From a virus: DNA of 64,000 bases. A model generated the notes under the pieces. The model did not search any database. It had not been told where the DNA came from and saw only the letters and a program-made list of their open reading frames with translations. The position numbers and the translations under genes were made by a program. Each line of letters starts with the position of its first letter. Position 1 is the stretch's first letter. The DNA lies in the IMG/VR virus record IMGVR_UViG_3300045256_000567, one strand, 5' to 3'. Positions 11,101 to 20,349 of the stretch are shown in pieces.

Positions 11101-12969
11101 TTTTGACATTTCTTTTATTTCAGGATCATCAAAATCTTTCGATTCTGTTTCCAATAAAGATTCTAGCTGCTGTAAAAATTTGTCTGTAGATATTTCATCA
11201 AGATTTATTTCTGGTAGAAAAATATTTCTAGAAGAAGTTGTTGCACCTTTTAGTTTATCAAAATGATCTATAATCATGGGCATAACTTTTCTTAAAAATT
11301 CTTTATCCACTCCAGAATAAATAGAACGATTGTTTAAATGCGATAAAACAAAATGAATTGCAAAAAAGATTGCTGGATTACTAGCATATGTATAAGAAGA
11401 TAATTCTTCAGTTATTTTTTTGTGCAAACCGAGAGAATAATCTCCTCTAGACAATGATAGCAACATAGTATTTAAATCTTCTAGATATTTTCCATAATTC
11501 CCCTCTCCTAATTTTCTTTTCATGGTATTTATTTCTTCTGATCTTAAAATATCTTTAATTTTTTTGTCATCAATATGTTCTCCGTTTAAAATTCCCAATA
11601 AAACCTTAGCTTGCATTACATTTTCTTCTGAAGGAGAAAAAGATTCTAAAAAAAGATCGGAGTCGTTTTCTGAATGAAATTTTTTTAATTTATTTAAAAT
11701 AATTGAAGCTCCGTCATTTAATGAACTTGATTTTAATTCTTCAAAAATATTTATGTCTTCTAATAAAGACAATATAAATCTAGAAAAATAAATAGATAAA
11801 ACTCCTTTAACAGCACTAAACATTGGATCATTTGTTTCATCTGCGTATTCATCTATAAATGAGAGTTTCGATATTTTTTTATCTAGTTCAATTGATATAT
11901 TTTTATATAATGTATTTATAAGTTCTACTTCATCATAATTATTGACTATATACTCTTCTAAAGCGTATTGAATAGCAAAATGAAGTTTATTGGATGAAAT
12001 AAAATCTTCAATAAATTTTTCTATTTCTCTCCTCTCTGAGAGCAATAATTTTATTAAATCGTTGCCAAAAATCGCAGCAGGTAAAGCATGTAATATTGGC
12101 TCCATATCATATATGTAAGATTTTTCTCCACCCAAAGAATTTTTAAAATAAAATGTTACAAATTTCATTAGGTTTGAGGCATCTTCTATAGAATAATTAT
12201 GCCTATTTAAGTCAATAAAAAAATATGGTGTGCCATGTAAAGAGTAATATTCATTACCCTTTTTAAAGATAAGTTCTGACAATTGTATATCCATTTCATC
12301 AAATTCAATATTTTTATCATACATACCAATTAAAAGTCCGCCGATCAATTTTGAAACATCCATGTTACCAAAATTAATTAATTTCAGAATTGCTTTTGCC
12401 GCCATTCTCCCTAATTCTTCTTTTGAAAGTGAATCTTCACCTATAAAAGTTCCTTTTTGATTTGTGTATATTTCATGTTTAATTAATAATGTGAAAAGGT
12501 TTTTTAATTGCTGAAAATTTACGTCATCTTTTAAAATAAGTTCTTTTTTATCAGAAATATAAAATCCGTATTTTTTTTCTAAATTTTTTATATCTGGATC
12601 AGAAAAACTAGTATGTAAAATTATTCTATCCTCTACATCCATTGACCCATCTATTTCTTGTATGGTCTCTATTAATTTTTCTTTAATTTTTTCTGTTGTT
12701 TCAGAAGTTTGAGATTCATCAATTATTTCTTGTTGGGCAGTTTGTTGTGGATGATATTTATTTATAAAGTTTTGGTAAGACTCCATTACCCAATCAGAAT
12801 CTTGGTAGTTTACAATTACTCCATTTCTCATTGGAAGTACTTGGTTTTGATAAAAAACAAGGTTAGGAAATTTCGAGTTATAGACTACCTGCCCTTCTGG
12901 AACCCTTTTCACGACATCGTAGTCTTTTTCAGTTTGTATTGGACCGTCTTTGGAGTAGAATGTTCCCAT
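8104..12969 (-). CDS. Giant probable virion/internal protein with a C-terminal zincin-like domain, paralogue B
   Basis: 1621 aa; LFHELGHKLD and NTYALFNGNE; collinear similarity to 3214-8109; stop codons overlap. Confidence 0.75.
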   Translation of the reverse strand: MGTFYSKDGPIQTEKDYDVVKRVPEGQVVYNSKFPNLVFYQNQVLPMRNGVIVNYQDSDWVMESYQNFINKYHPQQTAQQEIIDESQTSETTEKIKEKLIETIQEIDGSMDVEDRIILHTSFSDPDIKNLEKKYGFYISDKKELILKDDVNFQQLKNLFTLLIKHEIYTNQKGTFIGEDSLSKEELGRMAAKAILKLINFGNMDVSKLIGGLLIGMYDKNIEFDEMDIQLSELIFKKGNEYYSLHGTPYFFIDLNRHNYSIEDASNLMKFVTFYFKNSLGGEKSYIYDMEPILHALPAAIFGNDLIKLLLSERREIEKFIEDFISSNKLHFAIQYALEEYIVNNYDEVELINTLYKNISIELDKKISKLSFIDEYADETNDPMFSAVKGVLSIYFSRFILSLLEDINIFEELKSSSLNDGASIILNKLKKFHSENDSDLFLESFSPSEENVMQAKVLLGILNGEHIDDKKIKDILRSEEINTMKRKLGEGNYGKYLEDLNTMLLSLSRGDYSLGLHKKITEELSSYTYASNPAIFFAIHFVLSHLNNRSIYSGVDKEFLRKVMPMIIDHFDKLKGATTSSRNIFLPEINLDEISTDKFLQQLESLLETESKDFDDPEIKEMSKDLIDIIMSTNDKNALSNSNKINEIFKKMLKKLEESKEDLKKFTIVANFISDTVKMFEDLYHPQYDAHIGYILMKQNLNILNLKKELYEQLVDFEKYDYALAASLQESLLQRIDSFLYDYNYGNFSDLHSKNKTLRLERINFINENKLKAINALKEAIEQLKDGDLTEEDELFLGMYNQGIKEIAKYMDYMVKFIDSEYKTEPIYKFNEAFYRMLDAVNNLSNLSTGFKLRRNLIRIGGKILSAKFLLSDILMESNSNSNFTVSISSGSPSHHISGHIFFMKLVKDLEKYREFAFNFTNNAPDRSFTILTISKYNQKRIPILKISLQHDNNLYIDFASTVYYPYTSPGKDNNFSLSEKVIERVSPMFSAINPNFYGRVNILVENNKIPRPQIAGAKHQRISLGSLKDIFWGVPKTLDDLSYAESMAYSFPLIVSNEKFLGPIRPFMDNLYHYKDRNNVDAINTINSIIMSMRNNIDLYLLISSHSGRTQEWKRELDENIGSSILKDFSVDAFDHFFDDQNGSFKETFGDIIKAEYKKTYTDTTSNNYQIEITTRSKRGEEKKLIIIPSFIRIDSFKRISYKYINKLFEEYANKKEKLGLGSDELEQIKGKIIKFKNFLREIETSNYISSIGMLESILDKLVYTGEDYQDFGNFLAEQLILEGSLGISPVFFYDENGISFSPYIPKSNNLESTFHFEMFPLYTLGNISSRFMYKISRLSKKIVEKTTDEKFSKILENVSKEGSIKMVPGIFRSFYRRGEHIFHDVLDSLRKFGISTNLLGVSTEFDLLEKELEYGEISKKQRLSTETEISNTEDQSNDYPKNILDENINEYIGSLKTILFHELGHKLDYLAGYNERKKFYKSISPTIKKYIGKLKEDIELSSLGKSKKHTIIDLVDAYINRVINGDINIIDYSIYEKFREFFSDLSVDVKEKNEFIKILSKYVDSGVLLNTYALFNGNEIPSTVLEFASVLGEEEFRKRFKEYETVLDYLLSVAKSRGYL

Positions 12970-12970
12970 A
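12782..12970 (-). repeat. 189-bp inverted repeat, right arm (first 63 codons of paralogue B)
   Basis: See left arm. Confidence 0.95.
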
Positions 12971-13077
12971 GTTTAAAACCAAAAAATATATTTATTATAT
13001 TATACAATTTTTTGCATCGACAAACAAATTAATATATTTGTGTTTAATTTTTCTTTTTTTGTGATACAATCTACTTG

Positions 13078-13572
13078 ATGGAAACGTTAACTTTTTATAT
13101 AAAAAATTACAAAGATGAAACACTAAAAAACATAAACCCAGATTTAGTTCTGGAAAAAAACATAGAAGCTCTTAGGGCTTCTGGTGAACTGTGGAATAAA
13201 GAAGAATTAGAGCAAATGATAAGAGAAAAATACAAAAACGAAAAACAAAATATTCTATCTTCTACAGATAGCTATTTGAATGATTTAATTGGATTTACTT
13301 ATACATATGAAGAAGGAAGAGAAGATTTAAATATTGAAAAGAATCTGTGTAGTCCAGAAAAATTGTATTTAGGGTTAAAAGATAAAAATACTATATATCT
13401 AGATTGTAATAGAATTTTAAGAACTAATGATCCACTTGTTCTAGAAAGTAAGATAAAAGATAGCGCAAGAAAACTTGCAGAAAATTATATTGTTAATTTA
13501 ATAAACAATATATTTGGAGAAATATATAGTAAAAACGCAGTAATTAATTCAGAATTTTATGCGAAAATATAA
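13078..13572 (+). CDS. Hypothetical protein
   Basis: ORF with TG-n-TACAAT extended -10 seven nt before the ATG. Confidence 0.75.
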   Translation: METLTFYIKNYKDETLKNINPDLVLEKNIEALRASGELWNKEELEQMIREKYKNEKQNILSSTDSYLNDLIGFTYTYEEGREDLNIEKNLCSPEKLYLGLKDKNTIYLDCNRILRTNDPLVLESKIKDSARKLAENYIVNLINNIFGEIYSKNAVINSEFYAKI

Positions 13573-13822
13573 AATTATAGGAGAATTTGATTCATATATT
13601 GATGACGATTATTTACTAGTTTCGTCATTAGAAAACGATTGTTCTTCTCATAAAGTATATAGAATTTCTCAAGGCATAAATTTCTTTTTAGAAAAAGATA
13701 TTTTTTGCGGCGCAAAAGTAAATTTATCAAAACTAGATGACGAAAAACTTTCTTATTTTGTATTAGTAGACGAAGATGGATACGAAATAGAGTTAAGTAT
13801 GTTTCTTTCGGACTTTCTTTAA
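13559..13822 (+). CDS. Hypothetical protein
   Basis: 87-aa ORF overlapping the end of the upstream gene. Confidence 0.7.
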   Translation: MRKYKIIGEFDSYIDDDYLLVSSLENDCSSHKVYRISQGINFFLEKDIFCGAKVNLSKLDDEKLSYFVLVDEDGYEIELSMFLSDFL

Positions 13823-13859
13823 AAATTGGATTTTGAGAAATTTTTTGTATAATACAATC

Positions 13860-14165
13860 ATGGAAACCATATCAAACGCAGAAAGATATAAATTTTTAAT
13901 AATGGTACAAAATTTATTCTATCCACAGATGGATGTTGGATTTTACGAAGAAATATCAAAACGTTTACCAAAAGCGGAAAAAGATAAAGATAATTCTGCT
14001 TTAAAAGAATTTTTAGCTGGAGTAGCACTTATTGGAGAATATATAGCAAAAGGCGATATTGAAGAAAAATGTAAAGCAGGACTGAATTCAGTAAATATAC
14101 TTAAAAAGTACGGAGTTCAGTCGAATCGTTACTTTGACGATGTAATTTCTTTTTGCAAGAAATAA
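13860..14165 (+). CDS. Hypothetical protein (leaderless start)
   Basis: TATAAT-acaatc-ATG at 13860. Confidence 0.75.
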   Translation: METISNAERYKFLIMVQNLFYPQMDVGFYEEISKRLPKAEKDKDNSALKEFLAGVALIGEYIAKGDIEEKCKAGLNSVNILKKYGVQSNRYFDDVISFCKK

Positions 14166-14198
14166 CACTACTAAAAATTTTTTCTTTTGGGGCATTTA

Positions 14199-17100
14199 AT
14201 GGGTGTTCGATACTTACAAAACGGACAAACAGAACCAATACTAGATCGTAATGGAAATCCTGTAGATTATGATGTAGTTGTTTATGTTCCTGAAGGTTAT
14301 GTATTAGTAAATAAAGATAATTCTAACAATTTTTACAAATCTGGAACTAGAGTAAATCCAAAATCAGCTCCTAAAGGTGTAAAAGTAAATTATCCTGATG
14401 CTAAGTGGGAGCTAGTAAGCGAAGCATCATTTTCTTCTGTATTACAACAAGCGCAACAGCAACAACAGCCTCAACAACAACAGCAACAAGAACTACTATC
14501 TTCAAGAGAAAAAGAGCTTGATGAACTAGTAGAAGACCCAAATCTCAAAAAAACCTTAGAGTCTTATTTAAGTAATGAAGAGATTTCTAAAATCCTGAAT
14601 AAAAAGCTTTCAGAAATACAAGATGCGTATCAGAAAATTTCTGAAAAATCTTCAGAAGAAGAAATAAATGATTTCTATGAACAGGTAAAAAGTATTACAA
14701 ATGATATGCTGTATTTAGTAGCAAGCTCACTGGAGCTACAGGCTGAAGGAAAAAATGAACGTCAATTATATCCAATTAGTAATGAAGAATACTTAGAAAA
14801 ATTTAAAGATTCTATAACTAAATTATCGCTTTTACTTTTAGGAAAACAATTAACTGAAATAGATTTAAAAGATCTTAAAGATATAATCTCTTCTACTTTT
14901 GAAGATATAAACATACAGGATTTTTTATCATCTAGAAATTCCCGTATTCTAATAAAGAAAGATTTTGATCCCAAGTTTGAAGATTTTGTAGACAAACTTA
15001 TTTCTTCTAGTATAACTCAAGAAGAAAAAGAACAAGAATTAAATAGATTAGAATTAGAAGTAGCAGGACTGCTAACAAATGTAACTGATTATTTAACAGA
15101 ACACGATCTAAATGAGCTTGGAACTGCTATATCTAAACAAATAAATGAATTTAGAGAAATGTTAAAGGAAGGTCAGCTTTCTGATCAAGATGTAGAAAAA
15201 GTAAAAGAAAAAAATCTGATAGAACTTTTGAGAAATAAGAAAGATGTTTCACAGCTTACTGAAGGAGAATTAAAAGAACTAATAGAATCTGTACCTGAAA
15301 AAGAATATACAGAGATAGAAGAAGTAAAAGAAATTACATCTGAAGAGGAGCTAAAAGATGAAGAAGCATATACAAGAGGATTAGGAGTTTTCTTTGACCG
15401 TTCTTTAGAAGATGTAGAAAAATACATTGACCACATAGAAGGAACCTTTTTATCTCTAAAAGCGATAGACTCTTTCACCAAACAAGACCTATTAGATATG
15501 TATATAGGTCAATTGGGTGGTATGGAGTTTAGTGGTGCTGTAAAAATGCTTAATTTTGTTTATGCACTCATGGAGCTTGACAAAAAATTTTCTGGAATGA
15601 GTAACGTACAGAAATTCATGGAATTGAAAAAAGACCCAACTTTGTTTAAAGAAATGCTAGTAGGCGCGTGTGTATCGAAAAAAATTTCTTCATTTCATAA
15701 AAAATCCAGAATAGACAGTAGTTCTACTAATGTAGGTTCTCCAAATAAAGATGTAATTACAAAAGCAACTAGTGAATGTGAACAGAAGTTGGATCCTGTA
15801 GCCAACGCGGTCATTGATTATATGCGAGAATACGAAACTTCTTATATATATGGAATTTTGGATATTACAGATAAAGTGCATCAATCAATGATAAAAACTA
15901 TTTTTAGAGAAGAAATAAAAAATAAAGACGATCCTTTAATAAATCTAAAAGCAAGAAACATTGCTGCAAGAAATATTATTAATAGAGTACAAGAAATAAA
16001 AAGATTCAAAGGAGTAAAAGAAGAAGAAGCAAAAGTAAAGGCGGAACTTGAAGGGCTAGAAAAAGATTTATCTGATGAAAATACGGATGCAGAATCACAA
16101 GCTCTTTCTGAAGAAATACTAGACGAAAAGGTAAAAATTATACAAAAAATTTTTGGACTTAAAGACAAAACAATACATGCTTTAAGGCAAAAATTTGGTT
16201 TATTTAAAACAGAAAACGAAAAACTTTTTGGTCATATTCTTTTAAATATACCTCTATATGCTGTACCTGAAAATTTAGATGAGTTACGAAATAAACTTTC
16301 AGAAGAAGAATTTAGTGAAATACTAGAAAATTCACCAACTGCACAATCTCTGTCATTAACCTTAAGCGCGTTTTCTTCTGATTCTGCTAATGTAAATAAT
16401 TTTACAAACTTGACACCTAATAGAGACTTTAATATTTTACTTTCTAACTATATAGAAAGATTTATAGTGTCTTTAGCACAACGAAGATATAATGGAGAGT
16501 TTATAAAAGAAGATGAAGTAGAAAATCTGTTTCTTGATTTACAAACTGAAACACAAACATCTATAAGAGATTCATTAGAAATGATTGTAGAATTTTCTGC
16601 TAATACTGATTTTATCAATTTAGATGAAGAACAAGTATATAAAAAGATACTTGAAATGTTTTTACCAAAAATAAAAACTGCTTTGATTAACCTTGGGAAA
16701 AGTGAAAATAGGTATGGAAATCACGGATATGAATATTTATACTTTATAAATTACGATAACCCAAAAGATAACTTACCAGAAAAAGAATTTATTCCAAGCG
16801 AAGATAGTTATAAAGGTTTGGTAAGAGATCTATCTTATATAGCGGTTTTTAGTACTATGTTAAAAACCTTTGAGTTGTTTTACAAAAAGAAACTTTCTTT
16901 GCCTGATGGTAGAACTGGAATTATTAGCCTTATGTCTAACATACAAGAAAATATACCAAATGCTTTAAGCTCCATAGAGCCTAATAATGAAAATGCAGGT
17001 AGAGATGTAATCTATTATTATGATAACAATGATGGAAGATACAATTTTGTTTTTGATTTGTTCTTTCCATTTATACACCCTAACAATCAAAGATCGTTTG

Positions 17101-20015
17101 AAGGAGAATATATAGGCAGTATTAAAGGTTTTGTTAGTCAATTACATTTATTTGATACTATACTAGAAAAATTGTCAGAAGTTGTAGAAAATGAAGAAGA
17201 AAAGACATTTTTTGATATATTAAAATCGTCATTTTTTTCTTATGGAACACCAGGGGAAGAGTTTAGTACCTGGCGTTATATTCGCTCGTACAATAAAATA
17301 AGCGGTGCAACTGTTTTTATACCTAATGATTTAGAAGCTGAAAAAAATAAGGAGGCTTCTTCATCTTTATCATCACAGGGGTACAGTTATTCTTTTAGGG
17401 CTGTACCTTTTATTAAATATTTGAGAGAAAAGGCCGGAATTAATGTAGATATTGATGACGTAGAATCATTAGAAAAAATTTTGGGAAAGGCTTTTTTATC
17501 TTCTATTAAGTACTTACCAGTAAAAGAAGGTAAAAGTATTGATGGATCTGAAGATTTAAAGGTAGTTTTTGAAAAAGGCACAAATACAGAAGAAGTTGGA
17601 CAACAAGAACAAAGCGTAGAGCAGGATATACAACAAACACAAGAATCAGAACAAAAAAAGGAACAACAAGAATCAAATAATCAAGAAGCTGAAGAAAATA
17701 ATATTCAACAAAGCCAACAAACTGAAACACAAGAAAAAGAAAAGGCTTCTAACGAATCCATTAGTTCACAACCCACACAAGAGAAGATTGAAGAAACTGA
17801 AAATGAAGAAAAAATAACCCAAGAAGTTGGACAAGCGGAATCAAAAGAAACAAGTTCAACTATTAGAAACGATATAGAAACTGAACTTAATCAAGGTCAA
17901 GTTACAGAAACAAGTGAGATTAAACAACCTGAAACCGTTGCAAAAGAACCTAAAAGACGGCCTTATTATAAAGATTTAGCAAAACCACCTAAAAAAGCAT
18001 CTACTAAAAAAGAAAAACCAGAAAAAGCTCCTGAAAAAGAAGTTGAATCACAACCTTTACAAGAAACAAGTCCGGCTATTAAGAACAATATAGAATCTAA
18101 ACCTGAACAAGATCAAGTTTCTGGAACAAGTGAAATTAAACAAACTGAAACTGCAACACAGCAACCTAAAGAAGAAAAACCAAAAGAAATTTCGGAGAAA
18201 ACAGAACCGAAAACAGAAGAAAAAAACATTGAAGAAAGATTAAAATATCTATATTTAAATTATCCTTCAATTTATAACGATTTTAATACAACGCTAAAAG
18301 ATTATGTTACAGACGAAGATGCTGCCGAATCATTAAGAAGAGAGTTTTATAACTTTATACAGTACGGAGTAATAGACCCCGATACACTGGAGGATTTTAG
18401 TAAATATATAAATATTTCTCTAGACAGTATTGGAAAAGAAAAAAGAAAAGATATTACTTCTTTTTTAGACGAATATAGACAGGCAATTAGAACAAATAGG
18501 GATTTTGGTGTATTTGTAAAAGACGTTTCAACCTTAATAAGAGATGGAAAAATAAATGAACTTACTAGACAAGAAATTGTACAAAAAGCAGAACAATTTT
18601 CTAAAAGTTCTTCACCAATAATAAGAGCCTTTGCTAAGAAATTTGCTTCTTCTGTACAAAAATCAGAACAGTTAAGTAATAAGTATAAAGAAATATCAAG
18701 ATCTGTTTCAGCTCCTATTAAAGATACTGCAATGTCTATATTAGGAAATCCATACAATGAAGGTACTTGGGAAATAGTTCCAGAAGATGATAAAGGAAGA
18801 AAAATAACCGTTTCAACAGATTTTTTCGATGGTAATCGTTTGCATATAGATGATGTTGCGATACCTATACCAAGTGAAAGCAATATAATTTCAGATACGC
18901 CAAATGAGTTTTCTCAAAATGTATTTATAAATTTTATAAGTCTTTTAACAAGCAATGACTATGTAAAAGAAAAAATAAAACAGCTACATGGAAATCTAGA
19001 AGATAGCAAAGAAATTCCTGAAATGAATATAAAAATAACTGATAGCATAGAAGTAAGAAAAGCAGCTTTTGGAAAAGCATACTTTTTAAAAGTAAAAGGT
19101 CAAACAGAACCAAATGTATATCTAGACCCTTTAAGTTTGTATCAAGCCGTTGCTTTCACTCTTTATGAGCCAAAAGAAAAGATAGATGAAAGAACAACAC
19201 AACAAGTACCTGAAGAAAACAAACAAGGCAAAAAACCTTCAAGTGTAAAAAAACCTAAAAAGACAAAAGAAAAACAAGAAACTACACCACCTCAACAAAC
19301 AGAAAAAACAGAGTCACAACAATACCCACAACCTGATATAGAACTACAAGAAAGTAACGAATCTTCGAGAAGAAATAAAGCCAAACAAGCAGGAAAACCA
19401 AAAAAGATTAAAGAAGAGCAAACAAAAATACAAGAAAATTCATCACAGGAGACTAAAGGATTAGAAACAAAAGATTCTCTCTTTACCATTAATGAAAAAG
19501 AAAGAAACAGAATTGCTAAGGCAACAAAAGTAGATCCTGAAAAAGTAGACCTTAAAAAAGCTTATCAAGCTCAACTTACTAAATATCCCGACAGTATAGA
19601 TGAAGCATACAAAGACTTCGACGATATAGAAGAATCAGATATTATGGGAGAATATTTAGTAGGCTATGATATAAAGCCCTCTAAATATGATGATAATTCT
19701 TCTACAAAATCGGTTAAAGCAAAAGACATAATAGAAAAATATGATGAAAAGAAAGCAAAAGAATCTTTTGGAAAATATATTCTTCCAAAAATGTCTACAG
19801 CATTTACTACTATAAGTAAAGAAAAGTTATTAGAGTTTTATGACAGTATAAAATTCCCCACCAAAGAAGAACTAATGAAAAATAAACAAACTATTAATAA
19901 AAAAGTATTATTAGATTTAGCGAAAAGGATACAAGAAGAAGCAAAAGACAAACTTAATGTGAACCTTAACGAAGGCTCTCTCTATTGGTACGTATTGTAT
20001 TCCTTGGCAAGTTAG
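14199..20015 (+). CDS. Giant acidic, Q/E-rich probable internal virion protein
   Basis: ~1,940 aa; N-terminal DYDVVVYVPEGYV...VNYPDAKW module; poly-Q tract; long disordered segments. Confidence 0.75.
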   Translation: MGVRYLQNGQTEPILDRNGNPVDYDVVVYVPEGYVLVNKDNSNNFYKSGTRVNPKSAPKGVKVNYPDAKWELVSEASFSSVLQQAQQQQQPQQQQQQELLSSREKELDELVEDPNLKKTLESYLSNEEISKILNKKLSEIQDAYQKISEKSSEEEINDFYEQVKSITNDMLYLVASSLELQAEGKNERQLYPISNEEYLEKFKDSITKLSLLLLGKQLTEIDLKDLKDIISSTFEDINIQDFLSSRNSRILIKKDFDPKFEDFVDKLISSSITQEEKEQELNRLELEVAGLLTNVTDYLTEHDLNELGTAISKQINEFREMLKEGQLSDQDVEKVKEKNLIELLRNKKDVSQLTEGELKELIESVPEKEYTEIEEVKEITSEEELKDEEAYTRGLGVFFDRSLEDVEKYIDHIEGTFLSLKAIDSFTKQDLLDMYIGQLGGMEFSGAVKMLNFVYALMELDKKFSGMSNVQKFMELKKDPTLFKEMLVGACVSKKISSFHKKSRIDSSSTNVGSPNKDVITKATSECEQKLDPVANAVIDYMREYETSYIYGILDITDKVHQSMIKTIFREEIKNKDDPLINLKARNIAARNIINRVQEIKRFKGVKEEEAKVKAELEGLEKDLSDENTDAESQALSEEILDEKVKIIQKIFGLKDKTIHALRQKFGLFKTENEKLFGHILLNIPLYAVPENLDELRNKLSEEEFSEILENSPTAQSLSLTLSAFSSDSANVNNFTNLTPNRDFNILLSNYIERFIVSLAQRRYNGEFIKEDEVENLFLDLQTETQTSIRDSLEMIVEFSANTDFINLDEEQVYKKILEMFLPKIKTALINLGKSENRYGNHGYEYLYFINYDNPKDNLPEKEFIPSEDSYKGLVRDLSYIAVFSTMLKTFELFYKKKLSLPDGRTGIISLMSNIQENIPNALSSIEPNNENAGRDVIYYYDNNDGRYNFVFDLFFPFIHPNNQRSFEGEYIGSIKGFVSQLHLFDTILEKLSEVVENEEEKTFFDILKSSFFSYGTPGEEFSTWRYIRSYNKISGATVFIPNDLEAEKNKEASSSLSSQGYSYSFRAVPFIKYLREKAGINVDIDDVESLEKILGKAFLSSIKYLPVKEGKSIDGSEDLKVVFEKGTNTEEVGQQEQSVEQDIQQTQESEQKKEQQESNNQEAEENNIQQSQQTETQEKEKASNESISSQPTQEKIEETENEEKITQEVGQAESKETSSTIRNDIETELNQGQVTETSEIKQPETVAKEPKRRPYYKDLAKPPKKASTKKEKPEKAPEKEVESQPLQETSPAIKNNIESKPEQDQVSGTSEIKQTETATQQPKEEKPKEISEKTEPKTEEKNIEERLKYLYLNYPSIYNDFNTTLKDYVTDEDAAESLRREFYNFIQYGVIDPDTLEDFSKYINISLDSIGKEKRKDITSFLDEYRQAIRTNRDFGVFVKDVSTLIRDGKINELTRQEIVQKAEQFSKSSSPIIRAFAKKFASSVQKSEQLSNKYKEISRSVSAPIKDTAMSILGNPYNEGTWEIVPEDDKGRKITVSTDFFDGNRLHIDDVAIPIPSESNIISDTPNEFSQNVFINFISLLTSNDYVKEKIKQLHGNLEDSKEIPEMNIKITDSIEVRKAAFGKAYFLKVKGQTEPNVYLDPLSLYQAVAFTLYEPKEKIDERTTQQVPEENKQGKKPSSVKKPKKTKEKQETTPPQQTEKTESQQYPQPDIELQESNESSRRNKAKQAGKPKKIKEEQTKIQENSSQETKGLETKDSLFTINEKERNRIAKATKVDPEKVDLKKAYQAQLTKYPDSIDEAYKDFDDIEESDIMGEYLVGYDIKPSKYDDNSSTKSVKAKDIIEKYDEKKAKESFGKYILPKMSTAFTTISKEKLLEFYDSIKFPTKEELMKNKQTINKKVLLDLAKRIQEEAKDKLNVNLNEGSLYWYVLYSLAS

Positions 20016-20344
20016 CTCTTTTTGTTTTTGTCCATAACTCTAAAAAACTCATAAACAATAGGATCACTAAAATCTTCTTCAGAAAATTTTACTTTTTCAG
20101 AATTTAAATAATCAACTATACTGTAAGCTTCTTCTGGAGAGAATCTTAACATTAGTAGGGTGTCTATAAGATCTTCTTCTTTTCCCTCTAAAAAATTTAA
20201 ATCTTTTAGCATTAGGGCGATTACTTTAAGTCCCCTATCTAGTCTATTTTTGTCTTTTTCTACTTCATTTCTGATAGAAACAATTATTGGAGATAAAAAA
20301 GACAATATCAAGTGCTCTTCTGGAGATATGCGAGAATTTTCCAT
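20012..20344 (-). CDS. Hypothetical protein
   Basis: 110-aa ORF directly downstream of the helicase gene. Confidence 0.75.
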   Translation of the reverse strand: MENSRISPEEHLILSFLSPIIVSIRNEVEKDKNRLDRGLKVIALMLKDLNFLEGKEEDLIDTLLMLRFSPEEAYSIVDYLNSEKVKFSEEDFSDPIVYEFFRVMDKNKKS

Positions 20345-20349
20345 CTCTT

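Noticed and set aside
3213-12970. 189-bp repeat as a diversity-generating retroelement TR/VR pair
   Set aside because: There is only one synonymous mismatch, the repeat is at the 5' end, and no reverse transcriptase is present.
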